From positions 24,428,001 to 24,492,000 of the forward strand of contig CM075979.1 in the NCBI GenBank assembly GCA_038087875.1: 64,000 nt of DNA, read 5' to 3'. The notes under the pieces were generated by a model that made no database searches, was not told the DNA's origin, and worked only from the letters and a program-made list of their open reading frames with translations. The DNA is from Malacoraja senta. Its lineage: Eukaryota. The translations under genes and the position numbers were made by a program. Shown one piece after another: positions 52,715-64,000 of this stretch. How positions within the stretch are numbered: the first letter of the stretch is position 1; each line of letters starts with the position of its first letter.

Positions 52715-53290
52715 TTAAAACAGGCCCAAGTTGTCCAAGCCGACCAATATGACGCATCATATCTAGTCCCAATTGTCTACACAGGCTCTTATCCATCAAA
52801 ACCTTTCCTATCCATGTTCATATCCAAATATCTATTAAATGTTATTGCATCTGACTCAACTACTTCCTCTGACACCTACTTCAATATATCCACCACCCCC
52901 TGTGTGGGGGAAAAATGCCCCTTCGGTTCCTATTAAAGCTTTCCCCTCTCATCTTCAACCTATCCTCCTACCTTAGGGGGAAAAGACTCTCTGCAATCAA
53001 CCTATCTAATCCCCTTATTTCATATACCTCGACAAATCAACCCTCAGCCTCTGGGTGCTCCCAGGAATAAAATTCTAGTCTGTCCAAACCCTCCATATAG
53101 CTCAGACCTTTGAGTCCTGGCAACATCCTCGTAAATCTTCTCTTTCCAGCTTAATTGCATCTTTCCTGGAGCAGGGTGAGCAAAACTGAACACAATACTC
53201 CAAGTGTGGCCTCAGTAACATCTTTTGTAGCTGTTACATAACATCCCAACTTCTATACTCCATTCCCTGATTGATGAAGGCTAACATGCC
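52715..53290 (-). mobile_element. Decayed CR1 3' fragment
   Basis: Similar to 3510-3950 and other CR1 ends in the window. Confidence 0.6.
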
Positions 53291-56200
53291 AATTAACTGT
53301 TTCATGTGATCACTCTTGGATACACATAATTACTTGTCTTTTACATTGCAAGTAGCAAAGTGATTTTCCATGTTATAAATAACAACGATGATTTTGCTTT
53401 TCAAATTTCATTTAATCATTGATAAATTACCTTCATATTAATATTTGCACTTAATTTTTAATAATTTTTTTTGATTGGAGAGACCAATATCTTTCAGTAA
53501 CACTGGAAGGTGATTCTTCCCAATGCTATCAGATTCTTGAATCAATCACCTCTTTCACATCCCCTACCCGGAGATGCTGTCATATACTCCACTACGCATC
53601 CCTTTAAATGTTGGAAGAACACCTATACTAGCAGTGAACATTATGTTAAATCTACATCACAAAAATCAAGAGAAATTTAAGATACAATTAGGCTAATAAT
53701 GTAGCCAAAAATAGTAGTAAGCCAGAGAACTGGAGAGGCATGACTTGCTGATTGTTCTATGCATGTTTCTATTTCATGTTATGCAAATCACACTGTATTT
53801 GCAGTGTAAAATTGTCATTACATATGTCATTGCATGTTTCTTTAGCATTTACTAACCACTCTCGTAAAACGGGAGTTGGTGCTGAAATAGATACTTAAAA
53901 TAAAAGGCTTCACTAGAATTTGCTTGCCTCATTTGCAGCTTCCATCGTTATCCTCCAATATAAGGGGCAAAGATAAGCACTGATCACTTTTGGGGTGGAA
54001 CTCGCCTTGGGCACCTTCATCTTTTAGTTATGATTCTCATTGGTCTGCATTTTAATAAAATGCAAACACTCCTCCTCACCACTGGTGAGATCCAGTAATA
54101 GATGAATGGAGACCTGGCTCCATAAGCTTCTGGTTCTCCTTTGCCCCTGGTACACACAGCCTGGTTAGAAATTATTCCAAATCAATGGCCATTGGTGACT
54201 CCTTTCTCCTCTGGTCTCACAGCTCTGTCAGAAAAAATTGAATCGAGCTAAATGCAATGCTTCAAGAATTATACTAAAGCTTAATTACCATTAATTCAGT
54301 ACTAATATATAGCAATGAGACAGTGATACTGAAGAAGTTAGACTGAATCAAAAATATTTTCTTTTTAGATTTGAAACGAGCATCTTTCCTCTACACATCT
54401 TTAAACTGCTGTCAGTAGTTAGGTAACTGTTATATATACCAATATAACCGTGTCAATATATAGATAGCATTCTTCATATAAAATCATTGCTTACTAACTA
54501 TAGGATGGATAGAAATTATATAAAATTGGGAAAAGTTTGGGGAAGAGGCCTTGAGGTGTTGAGTCTTGAGGTGGATTTAGAAAACAGGAATAGATAGCAA
54601 AGTAAGAGAAATTAAGCAGGAAATTCCGAGGGGGGGGGGGAATAATTTTTAGTCCAACATTGTCAATTTCCAATACAGTGCAAGAAGTTGGGCACAAGAA
54701 TTTGCAAGACAAATTGTATGATTTGCTCAATGAGATAGAGCGATAATCTTCGTACAGATTTGAATGGGAATGAGGATTTGAACAGTAAAATTTTAGTTTG
54801 GCTATTGGAAAAGGAAAAGGTGAGAAATTGATTTTGGGGGAGATGTAAAGATGAACTGGGACCAAAAAGATAGTTAGTAGAAGTAGATGTATTTATGGTT
54901 AACACACCAAGGTGGAAGCTACTGAAATCAACAGGCTCAAACTGAGTATTACCTTGGTTCATAAATGCCAAAAGTGAGAGGAAAACAACCTCTACATATG
55001 CTGCAGGAAGAATGAGAAGGAACTCCTGAGGATGAATAAAAGAAAATGCCTGAACATTTTAAGACAGTTAATAGACACAAAGAAAATATGACTACATCGG
55101 ATTAACTATCTTGTAAAGATTAAAAATGGAATAAGAGTTGTAAGATTAAATAGTGGCAGTTATGTATTTATCTTTTTTAATCAATAATTCCTCAAATTAC
55201 AAAGAAATGGTGCCTGATTTGAAGTACAGTAACTAGCTCCTATTTACAAACAGGAACATTTAATCTCATGGAAATAACCACCATTCTGTACAAACTGGAG
55301 AAATGGCATCTAATATTCCTCTCAGGTTAATTTACAACCTAACTGTTTTTCCACTGTCTTCTTTCACCTATATTCCTTCCTCTGACTTCACAACTAGCAT
55401 CACCTATCTTTATTGTTCACTCTTTGTCTTTTCATCTCTGCCCTTTCTCCACCTGCCTTATCAAACCCCTGATTTGTATCCACCTACTTGCCAGGTTTTT
55501 TCCTATCCTGACCTCTCTTCCAGCTTCCACCCCCATCAGTCTGAAGAAGAGTCCTAACCCAAAACGTCACCTATCCATGTTCTCCAGTGATGCTGCATGA
55601 CCTGCTGAGTTACTCCAACACAATGTTTTTTCTAGCTTTCTTGAAGGTATTTGGTGGACTGGAACTGAACAAATAATCTGATAATTGGTCCAAACATACT
55701 AGTTTCTGGAAAATAAAAACAAAATACACACACCTAATCTATTTGTTCTTTTGTTTAATTTCTATGTGTCGTCTTGGCTGATTTATCAAATTATAAATAT
55801 TAGCAACAATGACATTCACTCTTTCCTCTCCAACCACACTCAACATTTTATAAACCTCCATTAAAATGACAGAAATTAGGCTCTTCTATACTATTTAAAC
55901 CCAGATCTTCAAACTCATCTGGTAACTAATATTTTTAAATCTGAAATATCTCTGGTGTAGATTGATTCTATTTCAAATTCTCTATCAATCTGAATAGAGA
56001 GTTGAGAAAATGGATCAGAACATTTGAGTGATAAATGGTTGGACTGTTGCCAAATTGGTATTCAACATTAATTATGTTTTAAGAAATCATTATTGTGGTT
56101 TGCTGATTAAGTGTATAAACATGGCCTGCACATTTTGTAAATTGTTGCTAACAAAATCCATCACTGGCAAGCTGCCAGAGGGTTGAGAGAAGATGATGGG

Positions 56201-57083
56201 GTTAACAATGCATAGGTCTTTCTTGGCAACCGAGCAGATTCAAAGGCGTTCTGTGTGCTTGGCCCGAAGCCAGTCATCGTTTTTACAAATCATGAGGCCT
56301 GTGACCTACATGCATCACTTCATGGAAGTCATGATCTTTACAGAACCTGAAGTGTTTTTTTTACCTTAATAGAAACATTACCAAAGGATACTTTAAACAT
56401 TATGATATCCTGGAGTGCACAATTCATTATTGATGTATTCCCCATTTTATTGAGTTAATTGGGAAGGTCGTGGCTTGTGATCTTGGTCTGATTTCTGATG
56501 TTAAATAATTAACATGGCTGCACAGATTAATGTCATCAAGTACGATGAAACATGCGTTGGGATGAACCGAGCCTGCTCCAACTTGTTGGTGCTCCAGATC
56601 TCTGCCAGAAATCGGCACATATAAGTAAATGTTGCTTTTTATGTGAGATTTATGCACGAGGAACAGGTGTACTTGGTCCTTTTTCTGAGGAAGATGCTCA
56701 TTTTTAAAGAAATAATTAAAAATATGATCTAATAATATTACTATTGAAATGGCTTTGTATACATTCCAGATACAGGATGGAGTCTGTTTCACCAAGTCTG
56801 ACTTCCTGTAACTCAAGTCCTAGCACTTTTATCCATATTACTCACCCATCTTGTTTTTGGAGTAATATGCATTTTGAATGGGCTCTTGAATGAACAACTG
56901 AACAAGAAAAGTACCTTTCACTTGTTTGCACCTGCTTTTTAAACCTCTATGCGGCAAAGATTAGTCACTGAAGTTCTGAATGTTTAACCTCTAAAGACTT
57001 GAATAGTTATTTATCATACAGTCTATCCTGTTTTAGGCTTGTGAAGTGGCTTTATCACTGCCTTTACCAAAGCATGCTCTTAC

Positions 57084-57238
57084 TTTACACTGCTGTTCCT
57101 CCTTTGATCTCCATGTTCTGATAGTTGGGGCTGCTGCTGCACAATCATATCAGGATTCAAATCCACCTCGGTTGGGCTGACCATTACCTTTGCTGCTCCA
57201 AGTAAAGCTGTCTTCCCTTTATTATAATTCTCTAGAAC
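57084..57238 (-). CDS. DAGLA: DAGLA penultimate coding exon (VLENYNKGKTALLGAAKVMVSPTEVDLNPDMIVQQQPQLSEHGDQRRNSSVK)
   Basis: Not in the ORF track; translated by hand. Acceptor tatccag|GTT and donor GTAAA|gtaaga; 155 nt (phase 0 to 2), joining both neighbours in frame. Confidence 0.95.
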
Positions 57239-57400
57239 CTGGATAGACAATGAAACAATTGATTTTAAAGGACTATGGTTAATTGAGTAGAATATTAGAT
57301 TAACTCACCCTTTCGACACCAATTCAGTGAAAACAAAATGATGATTAGAGGTTTAAGACCTTTGCTTAAATTCAGCTAAGGATGAATGGGTTGAAAATGC

Positions 57401-57600
57401 NNNNNNNNNNNNNNNNNNNNNNNNNNNNNNNNNNNNNNNNNNNNNNNNNNNNNNNNNNNNNNNNNNNNNNNNNNNNNNNNNNNNNNNNNNNNNNNNNNNN
57501 NNNNNNNNNNNNNNNNNNNNNNNNNNNNNNNNNNNNNNNNNNNNNNNNNNNNNNNNNNNNNNNNNNNNNNNNNNNNNNNNNNNNNNNNNNNNNNNNNNNN
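57401..57600. other. Assembly gap (200 N) within DAGLA intron
   Basis: Run of N. Confidence 1.
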
Positions 57601-59039
57601 GTTAGTGATCTCTCAAGTATGGTTGATATGGGAGAGTGAGAATGCCAAGAGTCTACACTGGCGTGATATGTTAGGCCTTGAATTTATACAACGTCAAATG
57701 TTATTGTATTTTCAACACAATTAAATAATTGCTAATAGGTACAGACATTACTTCAGGAAAGCAAAGATCTGATATATGTTAATCAGCAACAACTATAGTG
57801 TACATTCATTGATGTACATAGTGCACATTGGTGTTCATACATTCATTTTAATGTCTTGGAAATTGTATGTGAATTTTCTAGTATTTGATCTGTCCACTAT
57901 TTTGAGCACCTTCTACTTCTAGAGAATTTTTTTACTTTGAATTGGCATCCCATCTCTTCTATTCACGTTGATGGAACGTGAATAGTTATTGCTTTATTAT
58001 TTTCTCATGTACCGAGATACAGTGAAAAGCCTTAGTGTCCTATTAAATTAAACAGATAATACTACACATCATTACAATCAAGCTGCACAGGTACAACAGG
58101 TTCCCTCTTCAAAAATATTCCATACCCAATCTCTACATAGACACCAAATGTAATGCATTTTATACACCCCTCTGTACTCTTAGACATGTTACTATCACTA
58201 CTCATGTAAGATGACATTTATTTTGTAAAATTAAGATTTTGAATAATAAAATAATCCGGCCATATTTCTCGTCAGAACACAGGATGTAAATATGAAGAAT
58301 ATGTAAATATGCATTAGTGTTCAAGGTTGCTTAGAGTATTCTTGCAGCTTACTTCCTTACTATCTGCTGCCTCTGACAGAGTTCCTACTGTGAATGCCTT
58401 TGGTAGCATAGTCACAACGTGTTCAGTTGGACGAGATTCAGTACAGAACATCCTACTTTTGCTGATGATTTCTTCAAACAAGGCTGGTGGAGACTGAATA
58501 CTTACTGGTTTACCATTCAACAATTGCACCAGTAGTGTTCACAAATTACATTGACACAAGGAAATAGATTCAATATGAGACTGATATCAGTCCACGTTTA
58601 ATGTAATATAAAGATAGAAAAAGGGACTGGATGTCTATTTACTTCAGACCTGCTTGTGAATGTCTAAATGCTGATAGAAATGCTCTTCAGTAGTGTGGGC
58701 CAACAATTTAGCTTAACCTACAAGCATTTCAAGAGTTTAAATGCAAATTGTAGAATCAGTTTGATTTGGTTACTAGCCATTTTCTCCAAGTCCAAGGTTT
58801 ACAAGTTTACAAATTATTTCATCACTGCAGCACAAAATCCAAGCTATCCGCATGTGCCAACAACATGCTGCAGTTTTTAGGATGAGACTCTAAACACATA
58901 CTTTTTCTGCTTATTAAGATTCACATTAAAGATCACTGTACATTATTTGAACAGAACTTGAAATGGTTATATTTAGAAGTAGTCTCTTGGTTTCTAAAGA
59001 ATAAAAGCAGGATTTGGTGCACAGTTGTGAGTATATAGG

Positions 59040-59832
59040 GAACATGGTAAGAAAGAATCCTTGCACGGCACGGGTGTGAAGAATTATTGTGGAGGATGTT
59101 TTGTCACCTATACTTGCTGATTGTGGCATAGAGGTCAGAAAGGTCCTTGATTATATGACTATTTTCTCAAGGAGTGTAAAGAAGAGATGGAGGCAATGGC
59201 GGGGAGGCTGGTCTGTGGGAACGATGGGGCTACCTCCACAATTCTCTGCAATTTCTTGTAGTCTTGGCAGAGCTGTTCCCAAACCAAGCTGTGATGTAAA
59301 CCAATAGAATGTTTTTCTAAGATACTTCTGAAGAAGTTGGTGAGAGTTGTTGGGGTACATGCCCAACTTCCTTGGTCTTCTGAAGAAATAGAGGTGTTGG
59401 TATGCTTTTTTTTTGCCTGTAACTTCAAAGTGGTTGGTCCAGGAGAGATTAGTGAAATTTACACCTAGGAACTAGATGTTCTGGACCATCTCCACTTTGG
59501 GACCATTTGTTTGCAGATTGGGGCATGCACTCCACTGAAGTCAATAGTTAACTCATGTTTAGCTGTCATTGAAGCTAACATCTTGACACCACATTACTAA
59601 GCTCTCTATCTTCTACCTGTACTTCGTCTTGTCATTGTTCGAGATTTTACCGTTTACGATGGTGTCATTTACAAACTTGTAAATGGCGATAAAGCAGAAT
59701 TTGACTGCACTGTCATGAGTGTATGAGTATAGCGAAGAGCTGAGTATAGTGAAAGAAGTATAGCAAGACCTTCCTTGTGCAGTATCTGTGTTGAGAATTA
59801 TTGTGGAGGATATTTTGATGCCTATCCTCACT
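59040..59832 (-). mobile_element. Older degenerate Rex1/Babar-like fragments
   Basis: IKISSTIILNT..AQG and YKFVNDT motif remnants; two overlapping pieces. Confidence 0.6.
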
Positions 59833-60580
59833 GACAATAGACAATAGGTGCAGGAGTAGGCCATTCGGCCCTTCGAGCCATTCAATGTGATCATGGCTGA
59901 TCATCCCCAATCAGTACCCTGTTCCTGCCTTCTCCCCATATCCCCTGACTCCGCTATTTTAAGAGCCCTATCTAGCTCTCTCTTGAAAGCATCCAGAGAA
60001 CTTGCCTCCACTGCCCGCTGAGCAGAGAATTCCACAGACTCACCACTCTCTGTGTGAAAAAGTGTTTCCTCGTCTCCGTTCTAAATGGCTTACTCCATAT
60101 TCCTAAACTGTGGCCCCTGGTTCTGGACTCCCCCAACATCGGGAACATGTTTCCTGCCTCGAGCGTGTCCAAACCCTTAACAATCTTATATGTTTCAATG
60201 AGATGCCCTCTCATCCTTCTAATCTCCAGAGTGTACAAGCCCAGCCGCTCCATTCTCTCAGCATATGACAGTCCCGCCATCCTGGGAATCAACCTTGTAA
60301 ACCTACGCTGCACTCCCTCAATAGCAAGAATGTCCTTCCTCAAATTAAGGGACCAAACTGCACACAATACTCCAGGTGTGGTCTCACTAGGGCTCTGTAC
60401 ATCAGCAGAAGGACCTCTTTGCTCCTATATTCGATTCCTCTTGTTATAAAGGCCATCATGCCATTCGCTTTCTTCACTGCCTGCTGTACCTGCATGCTTA
60501 CTTTCATAGACTGATGTACAAGGACCCCCAGATCCCGTTGTACTTCCCCTTTTCCCAACTTGACTCCATTTAGATAGTAA
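59833..60580 (-). mobile_element. CR1/HER1 LINE 3' fragment nested in older Rex1-like element
   Basis: YYLNGVKLGKGEVQRDLGV...LVRPHLEYCVQF; (CTATTGT)n tail. The host sequence resumes after 60580. Confidence 0.9.
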
Positions 60581-60809
60581 TTGTGATCCATAGGTCAGAA
60601 AACTAAGGATCCAGTTGCAGGGGGTGTGGGGGGTGCCAACTCATAGGACTGTGAGTTTGGAGATAAATTTGGTTGTGATTACAGTATTGAAATTCCCATT
60701 TTGAATTCTGAAATTGTCCTGATCCTCTGATTTACTCTCTCTGCCATTCTAATGAACATTTTCCTTTGATCTAATACCACTTTTCCTGATGGGTTTCTTG
60801 AATGAAAAA

Positions 60810-62628
60810 AAAAATGAAATGAAAAGAATGAAATATAATACCAGAGCAAAAGGAGGGCTACAGACTTTTGGCTGTTGAGTAGAGCTGCTGCTTGTGGAAA
60901 AAGCTGTTTTATATTCTTATGTTTTGACAGTCTGGAATCACCTTCCAGAGGGAAGTGCTTCAAATAGTTTGTGCCAGGGTGAGAGGGGTCAGAGATGATC
61001 TTACCCGCTCGCTTCCTGTCCCTTGCAGTGTATATTTTGTCAATGGGGGGGGGGAAGTTGCAGCCAACAACTTTCTCGGCTGATCGAACGATGTGCAACG
61101 ATGTCATGCTTGGTGGCTGAGCCAATCAGACCATGATGGAGAAGGTGAGGACAGACTCTGATGGCAGTATAAAACTGGACAATCATTGCCTGTGGCAGAT
61201 TGTGTTTTCTCAGCTGCCGCAGGAAGTACACCCTCTGTTGGGCCTTTTTGGCTGTAGAGTCAATAGTGGCCTCACATTTAAGGTCCCTGGAGATGATGGT
61301 TCCAAGGAACTTAAATGACTCCACAGATGTAACTGTGGTGTTGTTGATGGTGAGTGGGAGGAGGGAAGGGGGAGCTCTCCTAAAGTCTACAATCAATTCC
61401 ACTTTCTTAAGAGCATTGAGCTCCAGGTTGTTGCGATGGTACCAGGATGCCAACTGTCACATCCTGACTGTAGGCAGATTCCTCTCCATCCTGGATCAGT
61501 CCAATCAGGGTTGTGTCGTCCGCACACTTGAGAAGCTTGATAGAGGAGTCTGTGGAGGTGCAGTCGTTGGTGTAAAGAGAGTAAAGGAGAGGGGAGAGCA
61601 CACAGCCTTGCGGTGCTCCTATGCTGATGGTCAGCGGGTCCTATATGTACTTTCCCACCTCACATGCTGCTTCCTGTCTGTCAGTTAGTTGGTGATCCAC
61701 TGATGGACTGGGAGAGTTTGGAGTGTAGTATCTCTGGCACAATGGTGTGGAATGCAGAGATGACATCCACAAACAAAATCCTTGCATAGGTCCCCTGGCG
61801 GTCTAGATGCTGGCGGATGAAGTGCAGGCCTAGGTTCACTGCATAATTCACTGATCTATTGGCCCGGTATGCAAACTGCTGAGGGTTCCAGCAGGGGGGT
61901 TGTGATATTTTTCAGGTGGGCCAGCATGGGTCTTCATGATTTCAGAGGTCAGTGCGACAGGCCTGTAGTTATTAAGACCAGTAATCCTTGGCTTTTGGGT
62001 ACAGGAACAATAGTGGAGACCTTTAAGCAGGCAGGGACAGTGCAGGTTTGCAGGGACCAATTGAAAATGTCCGTGTGGACTGGTGTCAGTTGTTCGGCAC
62101 TGAGCTTGAGGGGGAAACATTGTCTGTTCCTGGACATTTCTGGCTATTCTGTCTCCTGAATAGCTTTTCCACCTCCACTATTGTTAGTGATGGAGAAGTG
62201 GGCAGACTGATGTTGGGCAGCAAGGAGAGGGGGAGGAGGTCCCAGTCTTTGTCGACTGGAGTCAGGCTGTAAGTAGTGTGAAGTGGTGATTGGGGAGGAG
62301 TGAGGGAGGGAGGGGTTAGTTTAGGCAGTTTCTGTCTATCGAACCTGCAGTAGAACCCGTTCAGGTCGTTGGTCAGCTGACGATTGTCCAAGCAGTGGGG
62401 GTTTTTCCTCTTGTAACTGGTGATTTCTTGCAACCCCTTCCACATTGAAGAAGAGTCATTAGCTGAGAACTTGCTCCTCAATTTCTCAGAGTACCTTTCC
62501 TTGGCAGCTCTGATCCCTCATCTCAGCTTTTACTTGGCCTGCTTATAGAGGTCTGCATCCCCGCTCCTGTAGGCCTCATCTTTAGACTGGCGGAGCTGTC
62601 TGAGTTCTGTTGTAAACCATGGTTATTT
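60810..62628 (-). mobile_element. Rex1/Babar-type non-LTR retrotransposon fragment, frameshifted
   Basis: [50 protein letters not shown] and KKAQQRVYFLRQLRK motifs. Confidence 0.85.
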
Positions 62629-62804
62629 ACCATCATACCTTTCAATGTAATTTCAGTCTATGGTGGTAGGCAGCTTCTGTCTCCACCTTCACAATTTGTT
62701 TTAGTAAGATTTAAGATGGATGCCAAAAGTACAACTAAGTACTTCATTAGCTCTAATCATACACATTTTACAGTCGGTTGGGTTAAAATTAGTCCAGCAA
62801 ATAC

Positions 62805-62934
62805 CTTGTGAAGTCCATCCATGACGATATGAGGCATGTGCTCGTTCAGCATGGCAGCAGAAATTATGACCTCATCCAATGTCTTGTTGTCACTCCATAT
62901 CGCATAATAAGTCGATTCTTCCTGTCCACAACAA
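62805..62934 (-). CDS. DAGLA: DAGLA exon (CCGQEESTYYAIWSDNKTLDEVIISAAMLNEHMPHIVMDGLHK), end of lipase domain incl. probable catalytic His
   Basis: Minus strand acceptor ttcttcag|T and donor AAG|gtattt; 130 nt. Matches recalled human DAGLA CCEQEEPTYFAIWGDNKAFNEVIISPAMLHEHLPYVVMEGLNK. Confidence 0.95.
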
Positions 62935-63074
62935 CTGAAGAAATTATGATTAGTGAGAGGCAGCAAATTAAATCACAACACCTTTAGACTCTTCCTGCCA
63001 CCACATCACATGCTGCCCCACCGACCACAAAACCACTTAAACACCACACAATCTTTCAACATATATCATATATC

Positions 63075-64000
63075 ATGGTATTGGGGGTAGAGTGCTGACA
63101 TAGATAGAAAATTGGTTGGCAGACAGGAAACAAAGAGTAGGGATCAACGGGTCCGTTTCAGAATGGCAGGCAGTGACTAGTGGGGTACCGCAAGGCTCGG
63201 TGCTGGGACGGCAGCTATTTACAATATACAATGATTTGGATGAAGAGATTCAAAGTAACATTAGCAAATTTGCAGATGACACAAAGCTGGGTGGCAGTGT
63301 GAACTGTGAGGAGGATGCTATGAGAATGCAGGGTGACTTGGACAGGTTGGGGGAGTGGGTAGATGCATGGCAGATGAAGTTTAATGCGGATAAATGTGAG
63401 GTTATCCACTTTGGTAGCAAAAACAGGAAGGCAGATTACTATTTAAATGGTGTCAAGTTGGGAAAAGGGGAAGCACAACAGGATCTGGGGGTCCTTGTTC
63501 ATCAGTCCATGAAAGTAAGCATGCAGGTACAGCAGGCAGTGAAGAAAGCGAATGGCATGTTGGCCTTTATAACAAGAGGAGTCGAATGTAGGAGCAAAGG
63601 TCCTTCTGCAGTTGTACAGAGCCCTTGTGAGACCACACCTGGAGTATTGTGTGCAGTTTTGGTCCCCTAATTTGAGGAAGGACATTCTTGCTATTGAGGG
63701 AGTGCAGCGTAGGTTTACAAGGTTGATTCCCAGGATGGCGGGACTGTCATATGCTGAGAGAATGGAGCGGCTGGGCTTGTACACTCTGGAGATTAGAAGG
63801 ATGAGAGGGTATCTCATTGAAACATATAAGATTGTTAAGGGTTTGGACACGCTAGAGGCAGGAAACATGTTCCCGATGTTGAGGGAGTCCAGAGCCAGGA
63901 GACCACAATTTAAGAATAAGGAGTAAGCCATTTAGAACGGAGACGAGGAAACACTTTTTCTCACAGCGAGTTGTGAGTCTGTGGAATTCTCTGCCTCAGA
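63075..64000 (+). mobile_element. CR1/HER1 LINE ORF2 fragment (RT C-terminus), runs off the window
   Basis: VTSGVPQGSVLG, SKFADDTKLGG, LVRPHLEYCVQFWSP; frameshifted. Confidence 0.93.

Noticed and set aside
56160-56620. Exon-like segments in the DAGLA intron
   Set aside because: No convincing splice-site pair with a compatible frame and no homology.
57382-57639. ORF spanning the N run
   Set aside because: Artefact of the assembly gap.
58353-58493. 141-nt phase-0 open segment on minus with ag/gtaagc borders
   Set aside because: It would fit DAGLA in frame, but the acceptor lacks a pyrimidine tract, there is no homology, and the flanking exons already join as in human.

Overview
Eukaryotic, AT-rich, repeat-dense vertebrate DNA. 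The repeat complement (HE1-type SINEs, CR1/HER1 LINEs, Penelope and Rex1/Babar elements) points to a cartilaginous fish, probably a skate or ray (inference). It holds the 3' ends of two convergent neuronal genes. On + are the last three coding exons of synaptotagmin-7 (SYT7, C2B domain; 1088-1202, 3056-3255, 4073-4177). On - are the last three coding exons of diacylglycerol lipase alpha (DAGLA; 62805-62934, 57084-57238, 42448-43411). All splice sites are GT-AG with consistent phases. Most other ORFs in the track are spurious or transposon fragments. Notable accessory elements: (1) a ~1.04-kb TIR element in three copies with unusual 7-bp target duplications and an outward-facing consensus splice donor; (2) a complete, young, non-autonomous CsRn1-type Gypsy LTR element (tRNA-Trp PBS, 4-bp TSD) with pol replaced by a higher-order 50-bp repeat; (3) many short Penelope pLTR-derived inserts carrying a hammerhead-ribozyme-like core and flanked by 8-16-bp duplications; (4) a probable Helitron, a 145-bp hAT MITE, and inverted CR1 copies bracketing a DAGLA exon. 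There is a 200-N assembly gap at 57401-57600. No CRISPR arrays, rRNA or bona fide tRNA genes were seen.
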